This document shows, in pieces, positions 8,409 through 17,973 of a stretch of DNA of 20,616 bases. Location of the stretch: positions 1-20,616 of the forward strand of contig CAXBPH010000111.1 of assembly GCA_963977445.1 (NCBI GenBank), read 5' to 3'. The number at the start of each line of letters is the position of its first letter. Positions within the stretch are counted from its first letter, which is position 1. Made by a program: the position numbers and the translations under genes. Under the pieces are notes generated by a model. That model worked only from the letters and a program-made list of their open reading frames with translations, was not told the origin of the DNA and ran no database searches. This DNA is from an uncultured bacterium (lineage in GTDB: Bacteria > Hydrogenedentota > Hydrogenedentia > Hydrogenedentales > JAEUWI01).

Positions 8409-9068
8409 ATGAGAATGGTTTTTGCGTTGGTAATGGCATGCAGTATGTCAGGCTGTCTCGTGGACATGTTGATGACGACAGCCATTACAGCTGATATGGC
8501 CGCCACGGAGGCCGCCACGGCAACCTCAACGATGAACCGTGCGGAAATGGATACCGCCCAGATAAAGTTGCAGGAAGCGGTGGATCTATATGCTGCTGAG
8601 AATGACAGTAACCCCCGGTCGCTTCGTGTCCTGGTACCCAGTCATATTGACGCGATTCCAACACGGCCCGACGGAGATGCTTTCGGTTACAACCCCATTG
8701 CGGGAAAGATATATCCCACGGATAAGGGGCCTTCCTCCGAAGACTATTTTACGATTGAAGCGGTTAAGGAAGCGATAAATACCTTTGGCCAATCGACGGG
8801 GTACTATCCCCCTCAACTGGATGATCTCTATCCCAATTACATGGCTGCCCTGCCCCGGACCACCGCAGGGGAGGTATTTGGCTACGACAACCAGAATGGG
8901 CGCCTGACCCACCCGCGCGAAGGATTGCAGTTTGAGGAAGAGTCGACCGTTGCCAGCACGGGGGCAGGTGGGCCCGTAAAACCGGTAAGTGCCATCGGCT
9001 CGCTTCAGGAAGGTGACCTGAAGGACTCGAATAACCTCAACAAGGCTTTGGATCGAATGGGCTATTAG
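8409..9068 (+). CDS. Lipoprotein with two tandem GspG/pseudopilin-head-like repeats
   Basis: Lipobox MSG-C16. Residues ~51-103 and ~116-169 align (EA....[YF].......P..L..L.P....A.P....G..FGY....G) and resemble the GspG-type head pattern. RBS GGAGG. Confidence 0.72.
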   Translation: MRMVFALVMACSMSGCLVDMLMTTAITADMAATEAATATSTMNRAEMDTAQIKLQEAVDLYAAENDSNPRSLRVLVPSHIDAIPTRPDGDAFGYNPIAGKIYPTDKGPSSEDYFTIEAVKEAINTFGQSTGYYPPQLDDLYPNYMAALPRTTAGEVFGYDNQNGRLTHPREGLQFEEESTVASTGAGGPVKPVSAIGSLQEGDLKDSNNLNKALDRMGY

Positions 9069-9323
9069 TGGCCCATCGGTAGGCGTGTACGCGGAGTCGG
9101 AACAGCCTACTGCGGCACGTTTTCGCGTCTCAAATTCGCAATTGACTCCAGGTGAGCCCAGGAACGGTTCCGCGAATATTCCGGTCATAGGATATACTTG
9201 GAAGAAAGGGCGGGTCGTCAGGCCTGTTCAGGCCATCCAGTACGCTGCTCGATGTAGTCGATCCGTGTGCCAGGATAGGTCTCTGTCCTCGATAGTGCTG
9301 GTAATTTCACAGGGGTTTCAACT

Positions 9324-10901
9324 ATGAGTGCCGTTCCAGAAGAATATGTTGGTGAGCGTTGGAAACGACTTGGGGACATGCTCCTCGATGCCCGTCTCTT
9401 AACCCAGGGGCAGCTATCTGAGGCCCTGGCGGAAAAGGAGCGTAAGAAGTGTTTTCTTGGGCAGGCACTCGTCATGCTCGGCTATCTGACACAGGACGAA
9501 CTCATTTCCTTTCTGGTGAAGCAGTGCAAGATTCCCCATATCAACCTGTTGGACTACGTGCTCGAACCCCGTATCGTCAAACTGCTTCCCAACGAGCTTT
9601 GTCTTCAATACAAGCTCATTCCCATAGACCAACTGGGCAGCATCCTGACGATTTGTATGGTAAATCCCCTGGATATTGACGCCTTGGAGCATGCCCGAAA
9701 TGCGTGTCCAAACTTGAAGATAAAGCCAATTCTCTGTTCGCCGGAGCATTTTGACCTTGTAGCAAGTCGACATCTGGTGACGGTGAAGACGGATGCTGAC
9801 GGCAATCCGGCCAAGCAGGAAATGTCCCTGGCTTCCTACGGCCTTAAGAGTCAGCCCGCCCCGACCAAACGCCCCGCTATCACCGAGAGGAGTGCCCCCG
9901 AGCCGCTACCCGCTTCCGACGCAGATAGTGCTCCCTCCGACGGCTCCTTTACCCTGCTCGTGCGCGAGGTGCTTGGAGAATTGCTGAATACCTTCCAGGG
10001 GCCGCTTCAAGGTCGGCCCGAGTCCCTCGACCAGCTCTGGCTATCCACCGATCATCACACCGTACAGTTTTCTTTCACGCTGGACGTCTCGGGTTCGATT
10101 TGTTATGTGAGTCCCCCGGTAAGCAGCGTGCTTGGGTACTCCCCGGAAGAGTTTCGGCTCAGCTTTCTCGACCTGCTCACCGAACACCCTACCAATTCCA
10201 TTTTACGTCAGGCCCTTACCTTGAGTCTTTCCGGGAGACATCGCGCCCCTGTTGAGGCGGAGCTTCGGGCGAAAGATGGCCTGCCGCGCATGCTGGTAAT
10301 TGCCCTGATTCCCGTTTTTGATGCGTCAGAAAACGTCGTCGCTGTCCAGGGCATCGCCCGGGATGTCACCCGCCGTGCCGCTACCGAGCAGTTGCTCTAT
10401 CGGGCGGCGACCCACGATACCCTGACGGGCCTGTTGAATCTGCGGAGCTTCTTGACCCGTCTCGAGGAGACGATTGCGCTTTCCGCGCGCCACGGGACGC
10501 CGGTAACCATCGCGGTCATGAATGTTGACGATTTTACCCGGGTTAATGAAGTCTATGGTCACGAGGAAGGGGATTCCGTCCTTCAGCAGATGGGCCATAT
10601 ACTGAAGGATACCCTCCGTGGTGAGGACATACTTGCCCGCTCCGGTGGCGACGAATTCTGCATCTTAATGCCCCAGGTTCGTCCGGAAGGGGGACAAAAT
10701 GGAATGGAACGTTATCGCGAAGCGTTAACACGCGCCCGCTTCGTTTCTAAAACGGGCGAAACGCTCACTTTGACGGTGACGATTGGCTTTACATCGATCG
10801 CCGAGGCCACTGCGGTGCCCGATGAACTCTTGAATACAGCACGCTCACTCGTCCGCCGGGGCAAAGAGGCCGGTGGTAACCAAATCGTGGTAGGCGATTA
10901 G
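9324..10901 (+). CDS. MshEN/T2SSE_N - PAS - GGDEF domain protein (diguanylate cyclase-like)
   Basis: N-terminal tandem RLGDMLL..LL....L...L and FLGQALV..GYL....L...L..Q motifs, followed by a T2SSE_N-like region (LIPID...LTICMVNPLD). Pro/Ala linker. PAS/PAC (YVSPP...LGYSPEE; KDG; GIARDVT). GGDEF domain (HDTLTGLLN; YGH..GD; RGED-x5-GGDEF). Confidence 0.9.
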   Translation: MSAVPEEYVGERWKRLGDMLLDARLLTQGQLSEALAEKERKKCFLGQALVMLGYLTQDELISFLVKQCKIPHINLLDYVLEPRIVKLLPNELCLQYKLIPIDQLGSILTICMVNPLDIDALEHARNACPNLKIKPILCSPEHFDLVASRHLVTVKTDADGNPAKQEMSLASYGLKSQPAPTKRPAITERSAPEPLPASDADSAPSDGSFTLLVREVLGELLNTFQGPLQGRPESLDQLWLSTDHHTVQFSFTLDVSGSICYVSPPVSSVLGYSPEEFRLSFLDLLTEHPTNSILRQALTLSLSGRHRAPVEAELRAKDGLPRMLVIALIPVFDASENVVAVQGIARDVTRRAATEQLLYRAATHDTLTGLLNLRSFLTRLEETIALSARHGTPVTIAVMNVDDFTRVNEVYGHEEGDSVLQQMGHILKDTLRGEDILARSGGDEFCILMPQVRPEGGQNGMERYREALTRARFVSKTGETLTLTVTIGFTSIAEATAVPDELLNTARSLVRRGKEAGGNQIVVGD

Positions 10902-11069
10902 TGCATCGGCCCTATAGATCTGGTTGGTCGACTTTCCAATCAGCAAGCATCCTTACCAAGGGGTATTTATTCCACACAACATGGATTTAGACGACTCCCA
11001 TACCATTTGGAATGGAATTAGTATAAAGCCACCTATTCAGGACCCCAGTGGGGATAAAATCACCTGAAT

Positions 11070-11099
11070 TTGACATGATGGCCCTGAATTTCCTACAAT
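11070..11099 (+). promoter_or_regulatory. Sigma-70-type promoter of the NifA-like activator
   Basis: TTGACA (11070-11075), 18-nt spacer, TACAAT (11094-11099), upstream of ATG 11144. Confidence 0.65.
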
Positions 11100-11143
11100 G
11101 TGGTCAGTTTTTGTCATCAACATCACAGAGGCAGCCCCACCCC

Positions 11144-12694
<1,551 letters not shown>

Positions 12695-12825
12695 GTCCGT
12701 CTGGTGCACCTGATAACCGACGCTTTTGTAAGGTTTTTACGTGACCACGACGCGAATTCCTGTTGGAATCGGCCTATCTCCCACTAGATGCAGTAGTTAA
12801 AAGCGATTGACTTCCTTGCAAAGAC

Positions 12826-12854
12826 TTGACAACACCCTTGCACTCTAGTAAACT
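12826..12854 (+). promoter_or_regulatory. Near-consensus sigma-70 promoter upstream of the 64-aa peptide gene
   Basis: TTGACA (12826-12831), 17-nt spacer, TAAACT (12849-12854). Confidence 0.7.
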
Positions 12855-12934
12855 GTTTACAAAACTAGTAGCTTTGTGGATAGTTCCCCCTGTGTGCATT
12901 CACATGATACCAAGGTATCCGGAGGTCTCGATAC

Positions 12935-13129
12935 GTGAAACACTTCAACAAAATTACCCGAATTCAGCCTGCCCCGGCTGACGCAGTGCAGGATTTCCTT
13001 TGCTTCGCCGCTCAGGCCCTCAATTCCTTTCTTACTATTATTGGTGGCGCATTGCCTGTCACGACCTATGTCGAAGACAAGTGTATTATCCCGGTTGCCA
13101 ACGGTTCCGGCACGACCCCCCCCGTATAG
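12935..13129 (+). CDS. Small 64-aa protein of unknown function (possible processed peptide or surface subunit)
   Basis: GTG start with GGAGG at 12921-12925 and its own promoter. It fills the gap between the activator and the lipoprotein cluster. Basic N-terminus, hydrophobic/amphipathic core, two Cys. Confidence 0.7.
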   Translation: MKHFNKITRIQPAPADAVQDFLCFAAQALNSFLTIIGGALPVTTYVEDKCIIPVANGSGTTPPV

Positions 13130-13218
13130 GTAAGTGCAGGGGAGTTGTGCGTACACGATTTTTCTGTCCTAAGTTCTTGAGTACATGCGTGATAGCGTTG
13201 GTGTTATGGGGAAGATTG

Positions 13219-13247
13219 TTGACAGATTTGTCCCCTTAGCGCATAAT
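13219..13247 (+). promoter_or_regulatory. Sigma-70 promoter of the lipoprotein operon
   Basis: TTGACA (13219-13224), 17-nt spacer, CATAAT (13242-13247), about 100 nt upstream of ATG 13349. Confidence 0.7.
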
Positions 13248-13348
13248 ACAATCACCAGAATTCCGGCGTCAGTAGGTGGCGCCTTTCAGTTGTCTTGCGT
13301 TGCAGTGCCTGCACCATTCAGTGCGTCCGTGACCAAAAGGTGGTTAAC

Positions 13349-13978
13349 ATGATTCAAAATCGACGAGTAACATTGCTCCTGTCAGCCGTAGTTCTGGTGC
13401 TCGCGCCCCTGATGGCGGGCTGCCCCGCGAATGGTGGCAATCTTATTTACTTTCAGGATGCTGCGCTGGAGTCGGCGGTTCGCGCCGCTGCTGGAAAGCC
13501 CCTCGGTTTCTTGACCCGCGCAGATGTACTGTCCGTTACGGAGGTCGATGGGTCGGGGCTTAATATTCAAACCTTGGCCGGTATTGAGGCATTGCGCAAT
13601 CTGACGGTGTTGGATTTGCGCTCGAACAGTATTCGTTCCATTACGCCACTGGAGAATCTTGTAAATCTCCGGATTCTGGATTTGGGTGACAACAATGTGT
13701 CGCAGATAACGTCCCTCTCTGGCTTGTTTTTGCTTGAAGAGTTGACTTTGTCGGGCGTTAATATGGATATCGTTGATTGGTCCCCCCTTTCCGCGAACGC
13801 GACCAATGGTGGGCTTGGTGCTGGTGATGTGGTTGTGTTGCCCGCTGCGGTAACGCTGGATTCCAACGGAAATGTCTTTGATTCCTGGGTGGATGATTAT
13901 CTTACACTGATTTCTCAAGGTGTAACCTTGGTATTTGATGGAATGGGCACAACGGGTTCCGCGGCCACCGCCAACTGA
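13349..13978 (+). CDS. Internalin-like leucine-rich-repeat lipoprotein (209 aa)
   Basis: Start reassigned to ATG 13349 (AAGGTGG upstream). Signal MIQNRRVTLLLSAVVLVLAPLMAG-CP, internalin-type cap (FQDAALESAVR), and about four 22-aa LRRs (e.g. LRNLTVLDLRSNSIRSITPLEN / LVNLRILDLGDNNVSQITSLSG). Confidence 0.88.
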   Translation: MIQNRRVTLLLSAVVLVLAPLMAGCPANGGNLIYFQDAALESAVRAAAGKPLGFLTRADVLSVTEVDGSGLNIQTLAGIEALRNLTVLDLRSNSIRSITPLENLVNLRILDLGDNNVSQITSLSGLFLLEELTLSGVNMDIVDWSPLSANATNGGLGAGDVVVLPAAVTLDSNGNVFDSWVDDYLTLISQGVTLVFDGMGTTGSAATAN

Positions 13979-14065
13979 CTGGCGTAGAATTTGAGAGACA
14001 TGGTGGCACGGCCCGCATGCGCTGAAGTGTCGCGTAGCGTCAAACGGTATATTGAGGTAGGCACT

Positions 14066-17000
14066 ATGGTTGAATGGAAATTGCGCGTTGGTCACCTGGC
14101 GCTCATGTTGACAGCGGTTGTTTTTTCCGGATGTCCGATAGCCACAATAACTCTCCCCCAGCTGAACACGACGCCCGATGCAATAGATTTTGGTGCGTCG
14201 CAGACCACGCATGATATTGCCTTATCCAATACGGGGGGCGGCACGCTGGACTGGACGGCACAGGAAGTTATTCGGGCGAATGAAGATGAGCCTTGGGTAC
14301 CCGCCGATATTTCCTGGCTCACTCTCAGCGCTGATGGGGGTGCCATCACAACCGATCTTGCTCACATTACGCTGACCGCTTCACGCGCGGGGTTGTCTGC
14401 CGGGCGATATACAAACACTGGAGTTCAGGTTACCAGCAATGGTGGAACGCTGACCGTGCCGGTTTCCATTGCGGTTGCGGCCCAGCTTCAAGTGACTCCC
14501 CGTCAGTTGTCCCTCTCCTCCGTAGAGACTTCGGCCTCATTTACGATTACGAATAATGGGGCGGTTCCCTTGCAGTGGGCCGTTTTGTTTTTGTCGGATG
14601 CCAGTGACCCCACTTCCGGTATTCCGCTGCCGACAGGCTATGCTGCGTCGCCACCGAGTGGCACAAACCAATCATTGGCCAGCACTTCGGTGGCTGTGAC
14701 TTTTCCTGCAGGTGCCAACGACTTTGCCTTGGTCGTTGAATCTAGCTCTGGTCGGGAAGTCGTTCGCTTTTCCGTAGGCTCTGCCTTGACGGGATTCAGT
14801 ATTACTCCTGCTGTCCTCACTCTTTCGATCGCCTCGCAAGATCTTGCCGCTGGTCAGCAACAGCCCGCGTCGACACTTCAGTTGAAGAATGTCGGTACCT
14901 TACCCATATCCTGGACGATTAGTCTTGCGGAGCGGATAAATCCGAATGCGTCGCCCCCCTTGGCTGCCGATCCGATTCTTGGTACAACTCAGGTTGGGGC
15001 AACGTCCGAAGTTAAGGTTCGTGTTACCGACCCGAAGAGTGTGACGCAAGGTGATGGTATCTATGAGTTGGTGGTTCGCGTGGGCGATGCGTTTCAGGTG
15101 GTGCCAATTATCGTAGAGGTTCTCCCTTTACCGATTATTTCCCTGGCACTTCCGCCGGAGGTCGAATTTCTTCAGCCCCCGGTTGTTGAGACGACGCTCA
15201 TCGACTTTGGTGAAGATCTGGTTCAGGAACAATTTTACATTGTCAATACGGGAAGCCGTGAATCAGAACTATTTTTCCAGATTAGCTACGCAGATCAAGG
15301 TCAGCAGAACGCGTTGATTGCGGATGTGTCCCCCCTTCGTGGCGATACCAATGGCGGCGATCGTGATTTCTTTCTATTTGACGAGCAGGTGTATACCGAT
15401 GGTGTGCCCATTGCCGTCACGATAAATCGAAACAACCTGGTCGAGGATCTGGAAACGCGTACCATTACCGTTACCGCCTATACCAACGATAAGTTTACAA
15501 CCAAGCTGACATCGGTCGAGACAAAAAGTATTGAAATTCGTGTGGCGAAGCCGCCGTTTAAGATTACCGGCGCACTCAATCGTGCCCGTGCGCCGAGCAT
15601 GCTCCGTTTTGTTTTCAGCAATCGGGATGAGTTTGGCCAGATTGTGCCTTTGCAGACGAGCGAAGACAAAGAGCGCATCAGCTACGAAATATTTGAAAAT
15701 AAAATTCCCCTGGACCTGAACGAAACCAGCCAATTCCTGACCTTCGATTATCGTGGAAACGTAGTTCTTATTCTGGACTTCACGGGCAGCATGTACAACG
15801 CAGGAACCACCGGGACGGACCCGCTGGAGCCTGGCGAAGCGGTACAGTTCATGCGTGAGGCGGCAAAGACGTTTATTGATGATCTTCCACCTAACTACAA
15901 TCTCCAGATCATGTTCCATACGGACCGTATTCCAGAGAATCGAATCATTCAACGATTTACCAACGATCGCAAGCAACTGAAAGACGCGCTCGACCGATTC
16001 ACGGTTGCCCCCACCCTCTTTGGTGACTCCGATATCGTGGAAACCGTCAAGATGGCCATTGAATCCCTCGAGGCAGAAGACCCCACCGGGACCCTGCCCT
16101 TTGACGATGCCGATGTCCGCGCTGTTGTATTTATTACCGATGGTAAAGAGACGGTTGCCGGCGACGGTGTTACTGGGATTGGTGATCGTGCGCAGGAAGC
16201 GCATGCCCGCCTCTATCCCGTGGCATACAATCCAAACGGTGATGCGGCCCCTCTCGCTGACCTTGTCGTAGCCTCCGAAAAGTCTGGAGGTTACCTCTAC
16301 ACCGTCGGAAGCGTAGAAAATCTTCCCGCAGTATTTGGTACGCGTAAATCACTTGAGGTTCTGAGTGTAAGCAGCACGGCAACAAATATCGCCATGTTTA
16401 CCGTGCGCAATCGCGGAGGACAAGCCCTCACCTTCTCGGTAAATACAGCGGAATTACCTTGGATAAACGCGGCAACACCAAACAATGGATCGCTCAATAC
16501 CGGTGCCAGTCAAACTGTATCGGTTGCACTTAATCCAGTGGGTATTGCAGACGGCACCCGGCTGCAAGCTTCAGCGAGTGTCGTTACGGGTGGTGGCGAC
16601 TCTGCAGAAATTGAGATTGAATTCGTTGTATCTGGTGGTGCTGCCACACAGATATCGACTTCGGTACGGGATGAAACGGGAACAATTTGGGAAGAGCTCA
16701 ATAATCAATCTGTGTTGACCTACCTGACGCCCAAAGAAGACAGCTTCGAATACCTGCTGTCCGGCACCTACATACAGGCGGATGGCACGATTATCGAAGG
16801 TCCATTCCAGCGGGATTCAGCCTTTGTGTTGGGTGACCCGCGCATTGGACAGGTATCCCTGCACACCTCGGGAATTACCGAAGACCTTACCACGTTGGAT
16901 CCGCAGTTGCGCTATCGGGCCGAAATTTTTGTCTACGCAGACTACGTACCTAGAAACATAAATGCCTTCTACTTCCGTTTTGTGCCGACCCCTGCTCCCG

Positions 17001-17899
17001 ATTTGTCTCCGGCAGATCAGGCACTCCTCGACGATGCGATTATCACTGTTGAGCGTGCGCCAGCCGGTCTCTTCGATGATACTAGTTCGGAAGCGGGCGG
17101 TACAGCCGTCTGGCGTTTACTTCCGAGACTTGACGGTCGATACGACGTATTGACTGACGAGGAAAACCCCCTGTCCATCGGGGCCTTCGGAAATTTGCTT
17201 AAAATCACGGTCACCAATTTGTCTTCCTATGTGAACGCTTTTGGTAATGGCGCCCGTCAGCCCGAATTCTTCCTGGCGATGCGTATGGACAATCGATTCT
17301 ACTTCTCCCCTCAGTCGGAAGGGCAGCCCTCAAGCACGAAGTACTTCATCTATCCTGGCGGAATTGCCAACGATGATAGGGCACTTTCGGTAGCGCTTGG
17401 TGAGAGTGATCTGGCTTCCCCTGCCCAATTTGTGGAATTTCTCTCCCTCATTCCTGATTTTAATCCAGAAGATGAAGGGGCTCTGGATACTGATATGGAT
17501 ACCGTGCCCGATTTCAACGATCCGCTTCCGGGTGATGATGGATTCCCTGCGTCGCGCGTTGTGCCCAATCCGGTGGATATTAAAGCAGGTGAGACTACAT
17601 TTACGATTACGATACGAAACAATCTGCTGGACAGTTTTACGTGGAGTGTTGACGAGACGACATTCCCCAGCTGGATTATTGCCGACCAGACTCGTTATGG
17701 AGACGGAGCCGCGAGTGAGACCCCGATTCGTCCTGTTCTGGCTCCAGGCGAATCCGAAGCCATCCAGTTCGGTGTAAGCTCGGCCGGCCTGACGCCCGGG
17801 ACGATCACGACAGAATCGATCACTATTAGAATTGAGAATAGCGAGTTTACCTTTATATCGGATGAAGAAGTGACTGTCACCTTGGAGGTCGCTCCATGA
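14066..17899 (+). CDS. Large surface lipoprotein with BACON/Ig-like repeats and a VWA domain (1277 aa)
   Basis: Start reassigned to ATG 14066 (GAGGT RBS). Lipobox VFSG-CP. About six ~100-aa repeats of the type P..IDFG.....I.N.GG..L.W....W[LI]. VWA at ~15755-16340 (VVLILDFTGSM...VFITDG...SGGYLY). Acidic DTDMDTVPDFNDPLP motif at ~17486. Confidence 0.88.
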   Translation: MVEWKLRVGHLALMLTAVVFSGCPIATITLPQLNTTPDAIDFGASQTTHDIALSNTGGGTLDWTAQEVIRANEDEPWVPADISWLTLSADGGAITTDLAHITLTASRAGLSAGRYTNTGVQVTSNGGTLTVPVSIAVAAQLQVTPRQLSLSSVETSASFTITNNGAVPLQWAVLFLSDASDPTSGIPLPTGYAASPPSGTNQSLASTSVAVTFPAGANDFALVVESSSGREVVRFSVGSALTGFSITPAVLTLSIASQDLAAGQQQPASTLQLKNVGTLPISWTISLAERINPNASPPLAADPILGTTQVGATSEVKVRVTDPKSVTQGDGIYELVVRVGDAFQVVPIIVEVLPLPIISLALPPEVEFLQPPVVETTLIDFGEDLVQEQFYIVNTGSRESELFFQISYADQGQQNALIADVSPLRGDTNGGDRDFFLFDEQVYTDGVPIAVTINRNNLVEDLETRTITVTAYTNDKFTTKLTSVETKSIEIRVAKPPFKITGALNRARAPSMLRFVFSNRDEFGQIVPLQTSEDKERISYEIFENKIPLDLNETSQFLTFDYRGNVVLILDFTGSMYNAGTTGTDPLEPGEAVQFMREAAKTFIDDLPPNYNLQIMFHTDRIPENRIIQRFTNDRKQLKDALDRFTVAPTLFGDSDIVETVKMAIESLEAEDPTGTLPFDDADVRAVVFITDGKETVAGDGVTGIGDRAQEAHARLYPVAYNPNGDAAPLADLVVASEKSGGYLYTVGSVENLPAVFGTRKSLEVLSVSSTATNIAMFTVRNRGGQALTFSVNTAELPWINAATPNNGSLNTGASQTVSVALNPVGIADGTRLQASASVVTGGGDSAEIEIEFVVSGGAATQISTSVRDETGTIWEELNNQSVLTYLTPKEDSFEYLLSGTYIQADGTIIEGPFQRDSAFVLGDPRIGQVSLHTSGITEDLTTLDPQLRYRAEIFVYADYVPRNINAFYFRFVPTPAPDLSPADQALLDDAIITVERAPAGLFDDTSSEAGGTAVWRLLPRLDGRYDVLTDEENPLSIGAFGNLLKITVTNLSSYVNAFGNGARQPEFFLAMRMDNRFYFSPQSEGQPSSTKYFIYPGGIANDDRALSVALGESDLASPAQFVEFLSLIPDFNPEDEGALDTDMDTVPDFNDPLPGDDGFPASRVVPNPVDIKAGETTFTITIRNNLLDSFTWSVDETTFPSWIIADQTRYGDGAASETPIRPVLAPGESEAIQFGVSSAGLTPGTITTESITIRIENSEFTFISDEEVTVTLEVAP

Positions 17900-17973
17900 T
17901 TGTGCAGACACTGAAGCAAGCGATAGGAATGGTGGCGACACGAGTTAGTCAACGTGATGATAAGGAGTATGGG

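Noticed and set aside
9112..9127. GGCACGTTTTCGC as a sigma-54 promoter for the GGDEF gene (similar near-miss TGGAACGGAATTGA at 203-216)
   Set aside because: GG-to-GC spacing is 9 rather than the required 10 nt; the 203-216 site is also short and lacks the GC.
9069..9323. Possible c-di-GMP riboswitch or other ncRNA in the intergenic regions around the GGDEF gene
   Set aside because: No GEMM-type conserved elements or convincing structure seen by eye; an Rfam/Infernal scan would be decisive.
11048..11143. Longer GTG start for the NifA-like gene
   Set aside because: The region contains the TTGACA/TACAAT promoter, and homology-like sequence begins only after Met at 11144.
12827..12842. TGACAACACCCTTGCA as a sigma-54 -24/-12 promoter for the peptide gene
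   Set aside because: TTGCA is correctly placed but the essential -24 GG is GA; the same bases form a perfect sigma-70 -35.
13116..13123. C8 homopolymer at the end of the peptide gene as a phase-variation tract
   Set aside because: Short, and in the last codons (Thr-Pro-Pro), so slippage would alter only the tail; no read-level evidence available.
12935..13129. Classical RiPP/bacteriocin cluster
   Set aside because: No modifying enzyme, C39 peptidase or ABC exporter in the window, and the double-glycine leader match is only partial. Kept only as an unknown peptide.
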